Made by a program: the position numbers and the translations under genes. From NCBI RefSeq assembly GCF_964213995.1, contig NW_027590850.1, forward strand, positions 1 to 64,000: 64,000 nt of DNA, read 5' to 3'. Source of the DNA: Mustelus asterias (lineage: Eukaryota). The notes below the pieces were generated by a model, which saw only the letters and a list, made by a program, of their open reading frames with translations, ran no database searches and was not told the origin of the DNA. Every line of letters starts with the position of its first letter. Within the stretch, counting starts at the first letter, position 1. Of this stretch, positions 61,388-64,000 are shown in pieces.

Positions 61388-63150
61388 TTTATTAAATTAT
61401 TCACTCCGAAACTCGATATTAAAGCCATGTTATCTTTGCTCTGACCTCGGCCTCAAAATCTTTCAGCAAAATCAGAAATCTTGTATTTTTATGATGCAAT
61501 GAGGGGAAATAGATTTTCCTGTTTTGACACCGTGGACATATCATCAACTCGTTCAGTCCACAACAGAATTTAATGGCTTTGTTGATGCAGACTAACAAAG
61601 TTAATCACCATCTGAATCATGTCTAATAGGATTGTGTGCTTAAAAAGGCAGACACAAGTGAAACTGTAACTGAACTGGAGGAAATGACGCACATTGCGCT
61701 GAACCATTATTTAAACATCGTTCTTCAGAGTAAAGAAATCGGGAAAACCACTCAGACAGTTGAGGAAATCGAGAATCAGTGCGGATCTACTGGACTTTCC
61801 TACAGCTGAACGGGATTTAGACGCCTGAGTGTTTCACACACAGAATGAAGAGGGATCTAGTATATCTAACAAATCATTCTTAAATCTATTGCCTTTAAAG
61901 ATATTTGATTTTGTTGAAAAGCTGATTGTGGTCAATCTCAATGAAGCACCGTGACATGGGTATTACCCAGTGACTCGATTCCTTTTGTTGGTCAGTCATG
62001 TTTGCAATTCAATGTTGCCTATTTCGGAGATATTTCATTCAGAATGAGGAGATAGGTAATTAATAAAAATATATTAATATTAAACATTGAACAGCGAACA
62101 AATATTGGGTAGAACTGGTTGAAATCATTCAAAGGAAGATGAGAATGATGCATTAATAATTGAGCAGAAATCATTGCTCCCTTAGATATTTGCCGGACGG
62201 CCGCTTATAAATGTTGAAGTTCAAGATGAGTTGAGAAATCAGGTTGAAAGAAACGGTTTTTGTCTTGTATTAAGTGACATGGGCTCTCAGTCTAACCATT
62301 AGAGCCTGCAGCAACACAGTGGAGTTGAACATTGTGGTCAGGCCAATTGGCGGTGCTGTACTGTCAGTTGTTTCTGTAGTGTAGTGGTTATCACGTTCGC
62401 CTCACACGCGAAAGGTCCCCGGTTCGAAACCGGGCAGAAGCATTTATTGAAATTATTCATTTCGTATGCGGGAAGTTTTGCATGGTTTCAGTTGCTGAAC
62501 ATTATCCGAATCTCGATGTTGCAGCCATGTTATCTTTGCTCTGAACTCGGCCACAAATGCTCTCAGCAAAATCAGAAATGCTGTATTTTAAGACGCAATG
62601 AGGAAATAAATGTTTGTACTTTGACACCGTGCGCATATTAGCAACTTGTTCAGTTCATAACAGAATATAATGGATTTATAAATGCAGACTAACATAGTTA
62701 ATCACCATCTGAAACATGTGTAATAGTAGTGTGTGCTCATAAAGACAGACACAAGTGAAACTAACTGAACTGGAGGAAATGGCGCACATTTCCCGGAAGC
62801 ATATTTTTAAAATTGTTCTTCATAATAAAGAAATGGGAAAAAATCACTCAGGGAGATGAGTAAATCGAAACTCAGTGTAGATCTGCTGGACTTTTCGATA
62901 GATGAACGGGATTTAGGCGCCAGAATGTTTCACATGCAGAATAAAGAGGGATCAAGTATAACTAGCAGATCATTATTAAATCTTTTCCCTTTAAAGATGT
63001 TTGATATTGTTTAAAAGCTGACTGTCTCAAATAAGCACCATGGGATGTGATTCACCCAGTGACTCGATTTCTTTTATTGGTCAGTCATGTTTGCAATGCA
63101 ATGTTGCATATTCCCGAGATATTCAACTCAGAATGAAGATGTATGTATTA
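61388..63150. repeat. Two diverged tandem copies of the tRNA 3' flank (~61388-62110 and ~62443-63150)
   Basis: Shared blocks such as gccatgttatctttgctctga, gacacaagtgaaact and acccagtgactcgatt. Confidence 0.8.
62370..62442 (+). tRNA. tRNA-Val (anticodon CAC)
   Basis: GTTTCTGTAGTGTAGTGGTTATCACGTTCGCCTCACACGCGAAAGGTCCCCGGTTCGAAACCGGGCAGAAGCA, the canonical vertebrate Val-CAC body with a paired acceptor stem. Confidence 0.93.
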
Positions 63151-63659
63151 AATACATGTATTCATATTTAATATCGAATAACAAAACAAATATTGAGTAA
63201 CTAGCCAACGATTCAAGTCTGGATGACCCTTCGTCAGAGCTACGAGCAAAGAAAAGCAGAAAATATTTAAATTATGAGAGTGGAAGGGGAGTGCTGTAAT
63301 TGGACAAAGGGAATGCAAATAACGATAAAGATGGCTGAGAGAGATACTAAAAATGTCCATTAAGCGATCAGAATAGCAGAGCAGAGGTAAAGGTGGTTAA
63401 GGCAGTTGCCCTGAAGGAGAAGTGTGGGGGGGGGGGAGTGGGGGGGGAGTGGGGAGGGAAGGGGGAGTGGGGGGGAAGGGGGAGTGGTGGGGGAGTGGGG
63501 GGGAGGGGGAGTGGGGGGGAGGGGGGTGGAGTGGGGGGGAGGAGGGGTGGGGGGAGGGGGGGAGTGGCGGGGGAGGGGTGGAGTGGGGGGGAGGGTGGGG
63601 GGAGCGGGGGGGGGAGGGTGGGGGGAGTGGGGGGGAGGGGGTCGTGTCCGCTCCGCCAT

Positions 63660-63978
63660 TCAGTCGTGCTGCAAAATTTCTCAACTCCATTCTTCTCCCC
63701 TTTTCCCAGTAACCTTTGATCCCCTTACCAATCAAGAACGTATCCATCTCTGTCTTAAATACACCCAATGACCCGGCCTCCACAGCCTTCTGTGGCAATG
63801 AATTCCACACATTCACCACCCTCTGGCTGAAGAAATTGCTCTCATCTCGATTCTAAAGGGCCGTCCCTTTATTCCGAGGTTGTGCGCTCGGATCTGAGAT
63901 TCTCCTACTAACGGAAACATCTTCCCCACGGCCACCCTATCGAGGTCTTTCAATATTCTGTAAGTTTCTATAAGATCC
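63660..63978 (-). mobile_element. CR1-type LINE 3' fragment next to a G-rich tract (63420-63640)
   Basis: Minus ORF VVNVWNSLPQKAVEAGSLGVFKTEMDTFLIGKGIKGY. Confidence 0.8.
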
Positions 63979-64000
63979 CCGCTCCCCGCCCCTCCCCGCA

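Noticed and set aside
63420-63645. G-rich tract with Gly/Pro-rich ORFs
   Set aside because: Low-complexity repeat; G-quadruplex potential alone is unremarkable
21300-64000. D, J, C segments or IgH-like / NAR-TCR V segments
   Set aside because: No FGXG motif with a 12-RSS, no doubly flanked D and no C1 exon found by eye; V motifs look alpha/delta-like, though family assignment needs a phylogeny

Overview
Vertebrate genomic DNA, most likely a shark or other cartilaginous fish judging from the V-SINE and CR1-type LINE content; the species cannot be determined here. Bases 1-21.3 kb are gap-ridden (GA)n/(GT)n microsatellite plus a 69-bp satellite and CR1 fragments, arranged as a ~10.5-kb duplication. 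Bases 21.3-39.5 kb are locally duplicated sequence with SINE/LINE debris and a triplicated 102-nt exon-like module. Bases 39.7-60.8 kb hold a dense T-cell receptor alpha/delta-type V-segment array: 10 V segments in mixed orientation, 7 apparently intact and 3 pseudogenes. Nine retain a recognisable 3' RSS (23- or 22-bp spacer; one degenerate), and one has lost its heptamer. No D, J or C segments were seen. A tRNA-Val(CAC) gene follows. Most notable: (1) an identical CTCF core motif exactly 26 bp beyond the RSS nonamer of three V segments from two V families; (2) a V subfamily whose leader and V lie in one intronless exon yet keep a germline RSS; (3) a 337-bp U2-snRNA-headed, dimeric, hairpin-rich SINE-like insertion with a 17-bp TSD and an empty paralogous site; (4) a young Tx1-type LINE splitting a V segment (15-bp TSD, duplicated 3' terminus); (5) a V pseudogene whose heptamer appears inverted inside the coding end.
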